This document shows positions 1 through 8,247 of a DNA stretch of 32,000 nucleotides, piece after piece. Within the stretch, counting starts at the first letter, position 1; the number at the start of each line of letters is the position of its first letter. A program made the position numbers and the translations under genes. The notes under the pieces are model-generated. The model did not search any database. It was given only the letters and a program-made list of their open reading frames with translations, and was not told the origin of the DNA. This DNA is from an uncultured Woeseiaceae bacterium (GTDB taxonomy: Bacteria > Pseudomonadota > Gammaproteobacteria > Steroidobacterales > Woeseiaceae), in the NCBI GenBank assembly GCA_964424805.1, contig CAYRKH010000013.1, positions 29,094 to 61,093 on the forward strand, given 5' to 3'.

Positions 1-369
1 TACGTGGGCGCGCGCAGCGGCGGCGGCCCGCCCGTCCTGTACCAGCGCCGCCTGCAGCGGTCCGGCACGACCGTCGACCTGGTAGCGGAAGAGCTGGTCG
101 AGGGCGTCGACACGATGCAGGTGCTCTACGGCGTCGATTCGAACACCGACGGCGCGGTCGACGAGTACCGGACGGCCAACAGCGTCGGTGACTGGAGCCA
201 GGTCGTTTCGGTGCGCGTCGCGCTGCTGATGCGCGCACCGGACGAATACGGCTCCGAGCGCGACACGCAGGTCTACGGCGTCAACGAGACGCAGTTCGAT
301 CCCGTCGACGATCGCCGCGTGCGCGAGGTCTTCACCACCACCGTTGCCATCCGGAACAGACTGCCATGA
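1..369 (+). CDS. pilW: Type IV pilus minor pilin/assembly protein PilW, C-terminal part (5' end lies outside the window)
   Basis: The frame is open from the window edge. The tail ...RRVREVFTTTVAIRNRLP matches the conserved PilW C-terminus. ATGA stop/start overlap with the next gene at 366-369. Followed by pilX-pilY1-pilE in canonical order. Confidence 0.8.
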   Translation, partial: YVGARSGGGPPVLYQRRLQRSGTTVDLVAEELVEGVDTMQVLYGVDSNTDGAVDEYRTANSVGDWSQVVSVRVALLMRAPDEYGSERDTQVYGVNETQFDPVDDRRVREVFTTTVAIRNRLP

Positions 370-884
370 AGCGTATTCACTCGACTGCAACTGCCGTCCA
401 GGCGCGCCAGCAGGGCGCTGTCCTGGTGGTGTCACTGATCCTGCTGCTGGTGATGACCATCCTCGGCGTGAGCTCGATGAGCAGCACGACGATGCAGGAA
501 CGCATGGCCGGCAACCTGCGCGACAACAACCTCGCCTTCCAGGCGGCGGAGTCCGCCCTGCGCGACGGCGAGGAATTCCTGCGCCAGGCGACGCTGCCGC
601 CGTTCACCGGCAGCAACGGCCTGCTCGAGCGCCAGGATGGCGCCGGCCAGGCCGGCTTCTGGAATACGTTTGCGTGGGGATCCAACAGCCGCACGGCGGC
701 CGCGCCCGACGGCGTGGCGGCAGCACCTCAGTTCGTAATCGAAGAGCTGCCGCCGGTACCTGCCCCCGGGGAGAGCCTGAAGTTCGGGCCGCTGTCCGAG
801 GTCGGCGTTTATCGGGTTACGGCGAGGGGCGTCGGCGGCTCCGAGGACGCGGTCAGCATCCTGCAAACCACGTTCCGGCGCTGA
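366..884 (+). CDS. pilX: Type IV pilus minor pilin PilX
   Basis: 172 aa. The N-terminus QQGAVLVVSLILLLVMTILGVSSMSSTTMQERMAGNLRDNNLAFQAAESALRDGE is the typical PilX N-terminal domain. It sits between pilW and pilY1. Confidence 0.85.
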   Translation: MKRIHSTATAVQARQQGAVLVVSLILLLVMTILGVSSMSSTTMQERMAGNLRDNNLAFQAAESALRDGEEFLRQATLPPFTGSNGLLERQDGAGQAGFWNTFAWGSNSRTAAAPDGVAAAPQFVIEELPPVPAPGESLKFGPLSEVGVYRVTARGVGGSEDAVSILQTTFRR

Positions 885-906
885 CGGTTCGCAAGGGGAA
901 CGATCC

Positions 907-3900
907 ATGAAATACCGACAGAAGTTCGGGCACCTGCTGGGCAGCGCGGGCATCCTCTGGCTACTGAGCGCGCCCGTCTCGGCAGCCGTCAACATGTCGA
1001 ACGTGCCGCTGTTCCTGCCGGGCGCCGTGCCCCCGCTGAACATGCTCGTCATGGGCCGGGATCACACGCTCTACTACGAAGCCTACAACGACGCTTCGGA
1101 CCTGGACGGGGACGGCACGCCCGACGTCGGGTACAAGCCGCGCGAAATCGACTACTTCGGGTACTTCGATTCGCACAAGTGCTACACGTACGGGAGCGGG
1201 CGGTTCTCGCCGTCCGGCACGACCGCGGACAAGCGCTGCGCGGGTTCCAATGAATGGAGCGGCGACTTCCTGAACTACGTGACGACCTCGCGTATCGATG
1301 CGCTGCGCAAGGTGCTGTACGGCGGCAGCCGCAGCACCGATACGGCCTCGATGACGATCCTGGAGCGCAGCCACGTGCCACAGGACGCGCATTCCTGGGG
1401 CAAGGACTACGAGAGCATCGCGCGCGACGGCTACGACATCCGGGATTACACGCCCTACCCGCTGCCCAACTCGGGCAGCCGCCACCTGTTTGCGAACACG
1501 ACGCCGCTGGGCGGCGACAGGCCGCTGCTCCGGGTGCTGACCAACCAGAAGTACCGGATCTGGGACTGGGTCAGCATCGAGCGGCCGGTGGCTGGCAACC
1601 GGGTGGAGCACGGGGGCAGCGGCCCCTGGGTGACCCCGAGCGACTTCACGGTCCGCGTGCAGGTCTGCACCAACTCCATGCCGGAGTCCAACTGCCGCCG
1701 GTATCCCGACGGCAACTACAAGCCCATAGGCCTGCTGCAGGAGTTCGGGGAGAACGACAAGATGTTGTTCGGTCTGCTGTCGGGCTCGTATACGAACAAC
1801 ACGCGCGGCGGCGTGCTGCGCAAGAACGTCGCCTCGATTTCCGACGAGATCGACGAGAACGACGGCACGTTCAGGTCGAAAGTAGGGATCATTCGTACCA
1901 TCGACCGGTTCCGTACCATCGGCTTCGGCGGCAGCCACGAGTACAACCAGAACTGCGGCTGGATCACGGACCGACCGATCAGCGACGGCGAATGCCGCAT
2001 GTGGGGCAATCCCGTCGGGGAGATGATCTACGAGGCGCTGCGCTACTTTGCCGACAAGGGGTACGCAACGCCATCGTACGTCTCGGGGCTGCCGGGCGGC
2101 GACGACCAGTCCCTGGGCCTCCCGCTGGCCGACTGGCAGAAGCCCTTCGACGAGCACCCGGTTTGCTCCAAGCCCGTGAACCTCGTCATCAGCGGTGTCA
2201 ACCCGTCCTATGACACCGACGACATCCCTGGCAGCGCGTTCAGCTCGTTCTCCGGTGACCTGTCCGGCTTCAGTGCGCGATCGCTGGGCGATACCATCTG
2301 GCGCCACGAGGTGGGCGGTGCCCGCCAGCATTTCATCGGCCAGTCGGGCAGCCTCTATGACGGCGCGCCGACAGCCAAGACCGTGACGAGCTTCGGCAGC
2401 ATACGCGGTCTCGCGCCGGAAGAGCCGACCAAGGAAGGCGGCTACTACTCCGCGAGCGCGACCTACTTCGGTTTCACCAACGACCTGAGCCCCGCCGAGG
2501 GCGACCAGAAGGTGCGAAGCTATGCCGTGGCGCTGGCGTCGCCGCTGCCGCGCATCGAGATACCGGTGGCCGGAAACCTGGTGACGCTGGTGCCCTTCGG
2601 CAAATCCGTTTACGGACCGAGCGGCTACAACATCAACGGCAAACAGGGCGAGTTCCAGCCGACCAACACGATCGTAGACTTCTATATCGAGAAAATCGCG
2701 AACACAGGGCCGGGCAACCAGGACGCGGGAAACGGCGGCCGCCCGTACGGCCGGTTCAGGATCAACTTCGAGGACGTGGAGCAGGGGGCGGACCACGACA
2801 TGGACGCCATCGTCTTCTACGAATTCGAGGTGACGACGGCCAACGAGGTGAAGGTCAAGCTCACCTCGGAATACGCGGCCGGCGGCATCGAGCAGCACAT
2901 GGGTTATGTCATCTCCGGCACGACCGCCGACGGCATCTATCTCGAGGTGCGCGACAGGGATACGTCTTCCGATAACGCCACCCGCTATTTTCTCGACACG
3001 CCGGCCGGGGTTCTCCCCGGTGACTGTGCCCGGTCCAACGCACCGACAGCCTGCGGCAACGTGCTCGGGTTCTCGGCAGAGCGCACATTCGTCCCCAGCG
3101 GCAACCCCGCAGCCACGCTGCTCAAGGACCCGCTTTGGTACGCGGCCAAGTGGGGCGGCTTCGAAGACGGCAACGGCAACGGCATTCCGGACGTGCAGGA
3201 AGAGTGGGACGCGGACGGCGACGGCAATCCCGACAACTATTTCCTCGTGACCAACGCGCTGAACCTGAACGAGCAGCTCTCGAATGCGTTCGAGCTGATC
3301 CTGTCCACGGCGTCATCGGCCTCGGCGGTCGCCACGAACTCCACGCGCCTCGACACCGAAACCCTGATCTACCAGGCGCGCTTCCGCAGCGACGACTGGA
3401 CCGGCGAGCTGCTGGCTTACCGGCTGCTGTCCAACGGCACGCTCGGCGCCGTCCAGTGGGATGCGGCGCAGCTCCTGCCGGATCCCGACGACCGCGTCAT
3501 TTTCACGAGCGACAGCTCAGGGGACGGCATAGCGTTCGAATGGGACCAGCTCAGCAGCGTCCAGAAGGACGCGCTCGATCGCGCGCCCGGCGGCAGCACG
3601 GACGGCCTCGGGGAAGCGCGCGTGGAGTGGCTGCGCGGCGACCAGGCCAACGAGCTGCGAAACGGCGGCACCTTCCGCAACCGGCGCGTGCCACTGGGCG
3701 ACATCGTCAACTCCGATCCCGTTTTCGTTGGCGCCCAGAACTTCGGCTACGAGGCGTTGCCCGCCGGCACGCCCGGGCGCGACAGCTATCGCGCGTTCCG
3801 GGAAAGCAAGATCAGCACTTCCGGGGCGGCATTGCAGCCGACGATCTACGTCGGCGCCAACGACGGCATGCTGCACGGCTTCGATGCGATGACGGGCGAG

Positions 3901-5265
3901 GAACGCCTTGCCTACGTGCCGGGCACGCTGATCCCCGAGCTGAACGAACTCCCGGATCCCAACTACAGGCACCGCTACTACGTCGACGGCCACATCACCG
4001 TCGGCGACGCCTACATCAACCGCAACGGCGCCACCCGCTGGGCGAGCGTGCTGGTCGGCACGACGGGCGCGGGCGGCAAGACCGTGTTCGCGCTCGACGT
4101 CACCGACCCGGGAAGCTTCGATGAAGCGGACGTGATGTGGGAATTCACGGACCCCGACCTCGGCTACACCATCGGCCTGCCGGTAGTGGCGAGGATGGCG
4201 GACGGTACCTGGGCGGCGGTATTCGGCAATGGGTACGACGGCAGCAACCAGCGCTCCGTGCTGTACGTCGTGCGGCTTGCCGACGGTGTCCTGCTGAAGA
4301 AGATCGAGGTCGGCGCCGGCAGCACGGCGAATCCCAACGGCCTCGCATCGCCGACGCTACTCGCGGACGGTACCCGTACGATCCGGAGCATTTACGCCGG
4401 CGACCTGCACGGCAACCTGTGGGAGTTCGACGTCAGCTCGAGCAGCAGCGGATCCTGGGGAGCCGCCTACACCGATGCCGGCAATCCCGTTCCGCTCTTC
4501 GTCGCGCGCGATGCCGCGGGCAACCGCCAGCCGATCACCGCGCCGATCGAGATCAGCCGCCATCCCGAAGGGGGTTACATGCTGTTCTTCGGAACCGGCA
4601 AGTTCTTCGAGACCAACGATAACCTCGTCGGCGCGGCGCCCCAGGTACAAAGCTTCTACGGCATCTGGGATCGCACGAGCAGCCCTGCCACGGCCGTTAC
4701 CGGCAACCGCGACACCGCCCTGCAGCGCCAGCAGATCGTGTACGAAGGCCCTGCCGGCGGCAGTGCGTTCGAGGTCCGCCTCACGACCGACAACGATGTC
4801 GACTGGAACAGCAAGCGCGGCTGGTACATCGACCTCAGGAGCCCGAATAAAGGCGCCGAAGGCGAGCGCGTCGTCGCGGCACCGATCCTGCGCAGCGGCC
4901 GGATCGTTTTCCCGACGCTCATCCCGTCGCCGGACCCCTGCGGCTTCGGCGGCAGCAGCTGGCTGATGGAAATGGAAGCGATCAGCGGCGCGCGGCTGGC
5001 GGATTCGCCCCTCGACATCAACGAGGACGGCGACATCGACGGCGACGACATGGTGGGTATCGACATCGACGGCGACGGGTCAGACGACGCCTACGTGGCC
5101 GTGAGCGGCGTCCGCTCCCGCGAGGGCATCATTCGCACGCCCGCGGTCGTAGGCGCCGGCGACCTGGAGTACAAGATCGCCAGCGGCACGTCCGGCAACG
5201 TGGAAACATTGCGCGAGCGCGGCGCCTTCGACCTGGCGCGCGGCTCCTGGCGTCAAATCCGGTAG
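907..5265 (+). CDS. pilY1: Type IV pilus tip adhesin / biogenesis factor PilY1 (PilC family), 1452 aa
   Basis: Signal peptide MKYRQKFGHLLGSAGILWLLSAPVSAA. PilY1/PilC N-terminal region (LVMGRDHTLYYEAYND...). C-terminal beta-propeller signature (NPNGLASPTLL...IYAGDLHGNLWEFDV, QSFYGIWD). AAGGGGAA SD upstream of the ATG. Several DxDxDG acidic loops. Confidence 0.95.
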   Translation: MKYRQKFGHLLGSAGILWLLSAPVSAAVNMSNVPLFLPGAVPPLNMLVMGRDHTLYYEAYNDASDLDGDGTPDVGYKPREIDYFGYFDSHKCYTYGSGRFSPSGTTADKRCAGSNEWSGDFLNYVTTSRIDALRKVLYGGSRSTDTASMTILERSHVPQDAHSWGKDYESIARDGYDIRDYTPYPLPNSGSRHLFANTTPLGGDRPLLRVLTNQKYRIWDWVSIERPVAGNRVEHGGSGPWVTPSDFTVRVQVCTNSMPESNCRRYPDGNYKPIGLLQEFGENDKMLFGLLSGSYTNNTRGGVLRKNVASISDEIDENDGTFRSKVGIIRTIDRFRTIGFGGSHEYNQNCGWITDRPISDGECRMWGNPVGEMIYEALRYFADKGYATPSYVSGLPGGDDQSLGLPLADWQKPFDEHPVCSKPVNLVISGVNPSYDTDDIPGSAFSSFSGDLSGFSARSLGDTIWRHEVGGARQHFIGQSGSLYDGAPTAKTVTSFGSIRGLAPEEPTKEGGYYSASATYFGFTNDLSPAEGDQKVRSYAVALASPLPRIEIPVAGNLVTLVPFGKSVYGPSGYNINGKQGEFQPTNTIVDFYIEKIANTGPGNQDAGNGGRPYGRFRINFEDVEQGADHDMDAIVFYEFEVTTANEVKVKLTSEYAAGGIEQHMGYVISGTTADGIYLEVRDRDTSSDNATRYFLDTPAGVLPGDCARSNAPTACGNVLGFSAERTFVPSGNPAATLLKDPLWYAAKWGGFEDGNGNGIPDVQEEWDADGDGNPDNYFLVTNALNLNEQLSNAFELILSTASSASAVATNSTRLDTETLIYQARFRSDDWTGELLAYRLLSNGTLGAVQWDAAQLLPDPDDRVIFTSDSSGDGIAFEWDQLSSVQKDALDRAPGGSTDGLGEARVEWLRGDQANELRNGGTFRNRRVPLGDIVNSDPVFVGAQNFGYEALPAGTPGRDSYRAFRESKISTSGAALQPTIYVGANDGMLHGFDAMTGEERLAYVPGTLIPELNELPDPNYRHRYYVDGHITVGDAYINRNGATRWASVLVGTTGAGGKTVFALDVTDPGSFDEADVMWEFTDPDLGYTIGLPVVARMADGTWAAVFGNGYDGSNQRSVLYVVRLADGVLLKKIEVGAGSTANPNGLASPTLLADGTRTIRSIYAGDLHGNLWEFDVSSSSSGSWGAAYTDAGNPVPLFVARDAAGNRQPITAPIEISRHPEGGYMLFFGTGKFFETNDNLVGAAPQVQSFYGIWDRTSSPATAVTGNRDTALQRQQIVYEGPAGGSAFEVRLTTDNDVDWNSKRGWYIDLRSPNKGAEGERVVAAPILRSGRIVFPTLIPSPDPCGFGGSSWLMEMEAISGARLADSPLDINEDGDIDGDDMVGIDIDGDGSDDAYVAVSGVRSREGIIRTPAVVGAGDLEYKIASGTSGNVETLRERGAFDLARGSWRQIR

Positions 5266-5278
5266 GAGGGAGGCACCA

Positions 5279-5722
5279 ATGAATCGAGCAACAGGCCAGG
5301 CGGGCATTCCCGCGCACCGCTCACGCGGGTTCACCCTGATCGAGCTCATGATCGTCGTGGTCATCATCGGCATACTGGCCGCCATTGCCTACCCCAGCTA
5401 CCAGAACCAGGTGCGCGATACGCGGCGCACCGACGGCAAGGCAGCGCTCCTGGAGGCGGCCCAGCGCCTGGAGCGCTGTTACACGCGCTACAACCGCTAT
5501 GACCACGATGACTGCGAGATCGCGGACGCCCTCAGCGGAGGCGACTTCGAAACGCCGGAAGGCTGGTACGTGATCACGGCGGACACGCTCGGTGCCTCCA
5601 GCTTCGACCTCGTTGCCACGGCACAGAAAGACCAGGCGAAGGACGCCGCCTGCGGTAACCTGGGGCTCAACAATGTCGGCACGCGCAGCGCCACGGGGAC
5701 GGCGCCGGACAGCTGCTGGTAG
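5279..5722 (+). CDS. pilE: Type IV pilin-like protein PilE (minor pilin with N-terminal methylation motif)
   Basis: G|FTLIELMIVVVIIGILAAIAYPSYQ prepilin cleavage/methylation motif. Strong SD GGAGGGAGG before the ATG. Last gene of the pilWXY1E set. The leader before the Gly is unusually long (17 aa). Confidence 0.9.
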   Translation: MNRATGQAGIPAHRSRGFTLIELMIVVVIIGILAAIAYPSYQNQVRDTRRTDGKAALLEAAQRLERCYTRYNRYDHDDCEIADALSGGDFETPEGWYVITADTLGASSFDLVATAQKDQAKDAACGNLGLNNVGTRSATGTAPDSCW

Positions 5723-5794
5723 CAGGAGCGCGCATCGCGCGCGATGCCTTCGTTCGAGGATCGTAGCATCGCGCGCAATGCGCGCTCCTACAGG
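5717..5794. repeat. REP-like nested palindromic element, copy A (between convergent pilE and the ABM-like gene)
   Basis: Left arm AGGAGCGCGCATCGCGCGCGATGCC (5724-5748) is identical to 12138-12162. Right arm GTAGCATCGCGCGCAATGCGCGCTCCTACAGG (5763-5794) differs at 2 of 32 nt from 12178-12209. The arms are mutually complementary around a 14-nt spacer. Confidence 0.85.
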
Positions 5795-6138
5795 TTGCCG
5801 CGTTCCGGCAGGTCCAGGTTGCCGCGTTCCAGCAGGTCGTCCGTCACGGTCATCGTAAATACCGGCGCGTTGTCCGGCGGGGTTTCGGCGATAGCATCGA
5901 CGAAAAGCCGCCGCGTCTCCGGATCGTCGTAGCGCATCTTCTCGTCGATCGCGGCCCGCCAGGTCGCCTCGTCCGGCCATTCGGCGTACGCGACGAAACG
6001 CCCGTCGGCGTTTTCGTGCAGGCGCGAGCCGAAGCTGCCGTACTTTGCGGTAATCAGCTCCGTGCCGCGCCGCCAGGCCCGGCGGAACTGTTCCTCCTTT
6101 CCCGGGTGGACGCGCCACCAGTACACCGCCACGAACAT
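5788..6138 (-). CDS. Small ABM-like (antibiotic biosynthesis monooxygenase / Dabb fold-like) protein
   Basis: MFVAVYWWRVHPGKEEQFRRAWRRGTELITAKYGSFGSRLHENADGRFVAYAEWPDEATWRAA resembles ABM-domain proteins. The ATG at 6138 is preceded by GGAGAG. Alternative in-frame ATGs lie at 6150 and 6225. The stop TAG lies inside the REP arm. Confidence 0.6.
   Translation of the reverse strand: MFVAVYWWRVHPGKEEQFRRAWRRGTELITAKYGSFGSRLHENADGRFVAYAEWPDEATWRAAIDEKMRYDDPETRRLFVDAIAETPPDNAPVFTMTVTDDLLERGNLDLPERGNL
5791..5838. repeat. 24-bp tandem direct duplication (1 mismatch) abutting REP copy A
   Basis: CAGGTTGCCGCGTTCCGGCAGGTC (5791-5814) is followed by CAGGTTGCCGCGTTCCAGCAGGTC (5815-5838). On the minus strand this encodes the repeated C-terminal peptide ..DLLERGNL/DLPERGNL of the ABM-like ORF. 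Confidence 0.9.
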
Positions 6139-6226
6139 ATCGCTCTCCATCGGAACCGGCAGCTTAGCCCCTGATCTCGCGCTCAATCGCCGCCCCGTGT
6201 CGATTCTATCGCGCCGCCGCGGCACG

Positions 6227-6247
6227 AATTACAAGCGCATTGTAATT
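6227..6247. promoter_or_regulatory. AT-rich perfect palindrome AATTACAA-GCGCA-TTGTAATT, candidate operator in a divergent intergenic region
   Basis: 8+8 bp perfect inverted repeat with a 5-nt centre. It is conspicuously AT-rich in a GC-rich genome. It lies 104 bp upstream of the SDR ATG and about 90 bp upstream of the divergent ABM-like start. Confidence 0.4.
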
Positions 6248-6350
6248 TCGGGTGCGCCTGCCCGCGCAGGGGACGGGCGCTGCGAACGGCCTCCATGGCA
6301 CAGAACTTGAATCCTTACTGGCGATCCTTTCACGAACGCCGAGTACTGTC

Positions 6351-7217
6351 ATGGCCAGCAAGCCCAAGCCCCCATTCCCCCCGCAGAACCTGGAGCCACC
6401 CGGCATCGAATCCCGCATGGAACCGAAGCCGCGCTTCGACGCCGACGACTACTGCCCCGCCGGCAAGCTGGAGGGCAAGGCGGCGCTGATCACCGGCGGG
6501 GATTCAGGGATCGGGCGCGCCGTCGCCGTGATCTTTGCCCGCGAGGGCGCCGACGTCGCGCTGGTGTACCTCCACGAGGAGCAGGAGGACGCGGAAACGA
6601 CCAGGACGGAAGTCGAGCGCTGCGGCCGCGAGGCTCTCCTGGTGCCCGGCGACGTCAGGGACCCGGAGTTTTGCCGCCGCGCGGTCGAGCAGACGGTGGA
6701 GCGCTTCGGCCGCCTGGACCTCCTCGTCAACAACGCGGCGTTCCAGAAGCACCAGGACAGGCTCGCCGACATCTCCCTGGAGCAGTTCGAGCAGACGTTC
6801 AAAACCAACATCTTCGGCTACTTCTACATGACACGGTTCGCGGTGCCCCACCTGCAGCCCGGTTCCGCGATCATCAACGCGGGCTCGATCACCGGGCTTG
6901 AAGGCAACAAGGGCCTTATCGACTACTCCGCGACGAAAGGCGCGATCCACGCGTTCACGAAGTCGCTCGCGCAGAACCTGGTCCAGGACGGGATCCGGGT
7001 GAACTGCGTCGCGCCGGGACCGGTGTGGACGCCGTTGAACCCGGCGGAGCACGGCGACGAGGCGACAGAAAAATTCGGCGCCGAGACCCCGATGGGCCGC
7101 CCGGCGCAGCCGGAGGAAATCGCACCGGCGTACGTCTACTTCGCGAGCAACGCCGATTCCGGGTACGTCACGGGCCACGTCCTGCCGCAGCTCGGCGGCG
7201 AAACCGTCGCGGGATGA
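6351..7217 (+). CDS. SDR family NAD(P)-dependent oxidoreductase (YghA / general-stress-protein-39-like subgroup)
   Basis: TGGDSGIGRA cofactor motif, NNAA, and YSATKGA (YxxxK) catalytic motif. The N-terminus PPQNLEPPGIESRMEPKP...Y..AGKLEGKAALITGG is typical of the YghA-like group. The ATG at 6351 is chosen over the longer ORF start at 6252. Confidence 0.92.
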   Translation: MASKPKPPFPPQNLEPPGIESRMEPKPRFDADDYCPAGKLEGKAALITGGDSGIGRAVAVIFAREGADVALVYLHEEQEDAETTRTEVERCGREALLVPGDVRDPEFCRRAVEQTVERFGRLDLLVNNAAFQKHQDRLADISLEQFEQTFKTNIFGYFYMTRFAVPHLQPGSAIINAGSITGLEGNKGLIDYSATKGAIHAFTKSLAQNLVQDGIRVNCVAPGPVWTPLNPAEHGDEATEKFGAETPMGRPAQPEEIAPAYVYFASNADSGYVTGHVLPQLGGETVAG

Positions 7218-7234
7218 GCTGGAGGACATTGGTG

Positions 7235-8167
7235 ATGGACAACGACATCGACCCCGCCATCGGCCGCTGGTACCAGCGCATGGAGGACGGCCGCCTGTTC
7301 CAGGTAGTCGCCGTCGACGACGATGAAGCGACGGTGGAGTGGCAGGATTTCGACGGCGGCATCGGCGAGCTCAGCCTCGACGAATGGCGCACCTGGGACG
7401 TCCGGGTGACAGCAGCGCCGGAGGACTGGACCGGGTCGATCGACGAAATCCAGCGCGGAGACCTCGACTACAGCGAGATCCGCTCCGAGGGCGAGGAACG
7501 CGGGATCGACCAGGAACGGCGCGCGCAGGCGCTGCAGGGTTCCGATGCCCCGGACACCATCGGCGGCGAACCGGTCGGCCGTGCGGGTACCGGGGGCGAC
7601 GAGCGCTCCGCGCTGGGGGAGTATTCGGCAGAACCGGCGCCGCGGTGGCGCCAGGAACCGGATTACGGCGACAGCGAGGTGGAGCCCGACGGCAGGCTGC
7701 GAATGCGCGAAGAGAACGCGAGCGACCCACCGGAAGGGACGTATACCGGCGGACCGGGGCGCGACGACGGCCTGGATCCAGACGAGGTCAACCACGTCAA
7801 GGCGCGGCTGACGGAGCGCGCCGGGGAACTGCGCCTCGACATCCAGCGGGAGCTGCGCAAGTACGACGACGAGTCCTACGCGCAGCTCGCGCAGCGCGTC
7901 GCCGATATCGGGGAGCAGGCCTGGAGCGATCTCGTCTCGGACCTGAACCTCGCGGAAGTGACCCGTGACGTGGGCGAGCTCCGCAATATCGAGGCTGCCC
8001 TCCAACGCCTCGCCGAGGGCAAATACGGCATCTGCATCGACTGCGGCGACTGGATCGAAGAAAGGCGGCTGGACGCGAACCCGGAGGCCGTACGCTGCCT
8101 CGAGTGCCAGCGCGACGCCGAGCACCGGAAAAAGCAGACCGGGAAAGTCGATTACCCCAATCTCTGA
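7235..8167 (+). CDS. DksA/TraR-family C4 zinc-finger protein with a ~190 aa acidic N-terminal extension of unassigned function
   Basis: C-terminus LRNIEAALQRLAEGKYGICIDCGDWIEERRLDANPEAVRCLECQ (CxxC-x17-CxxC) preceded by a coiled-coil-like segment. GGAGGA lies 8 nt before the ATG at 7235. An alternative ATG at 7214 overlaps the SDR stop (ATGA). The ORF-track start at 7025 overlaps the SDR gene and is unlikely. Confidence 0.8.
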   Translation: MDNDIDPAIGRWYQRMEDGRLFQVVAVDDDEATVEWQDFDGGIGELSLDEWRTWDVRVTAAPEDWTGSIDEIQRGDLDYSEIRSEGEERGIDQERRAQALQGSDAPDTIGGEPVGRAGTGGDERSALGEYSAEPAPRWRQEPDYGDSEVEPDGRLRMREENASDPPEGTYTGGPGRDDGLDPDEVNHVKARLTERAGELRLDIQRELRKYDDESYAQLAQRVADIGEQAWSDLVSDLNLAEVTRDVGELRNIEAALQRLAEGKYGICIDCGDWIEERRLDANPEAVRCLECQRDAEHRKKQTGKVDYPNL

Positions 8168-8247
8168 CACCGATTCGGCCGCCCGGAGCCCGTTCGCCGT
8201 GCCATAACGGCTTTCCGCTCCGCGGACGGCCGTGCTTGAATGCGCCG

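Noticed and set aside
961-2898. 645 aa ORF on the minus strand inside pilY1, and similar smaller ORFs at 344-910, 432-1052, 1254-2213 and 3135-4124.
   Set aside because: It is antisense or out of frame to a gene with strong family signatures. Its Arg/Ala/Pro/Gly-rich composition is typical of spurious frames in high-GC DNA, and it has no recognisable motifs.
7025-7213. N-terminal extension of the DksA-like ORF (start at 7025).
   Set aside because: It would overlap the 3' end of the SDR gene by about 190 nt, and the translated extension is Arg-rich junk. Good starts exist at 7214 (ATGA overlap) and 7235 (GGAGGA SD).
8168-8247. Possible riboswitch (for example cobalamin) in front of the MFS/TonB-receptor pair.
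   Set aside because: The leader is only 80 nt, and I see no conserved B12-box-like or other riboswitch core. This cannot be excluded without a covariance-model scan.
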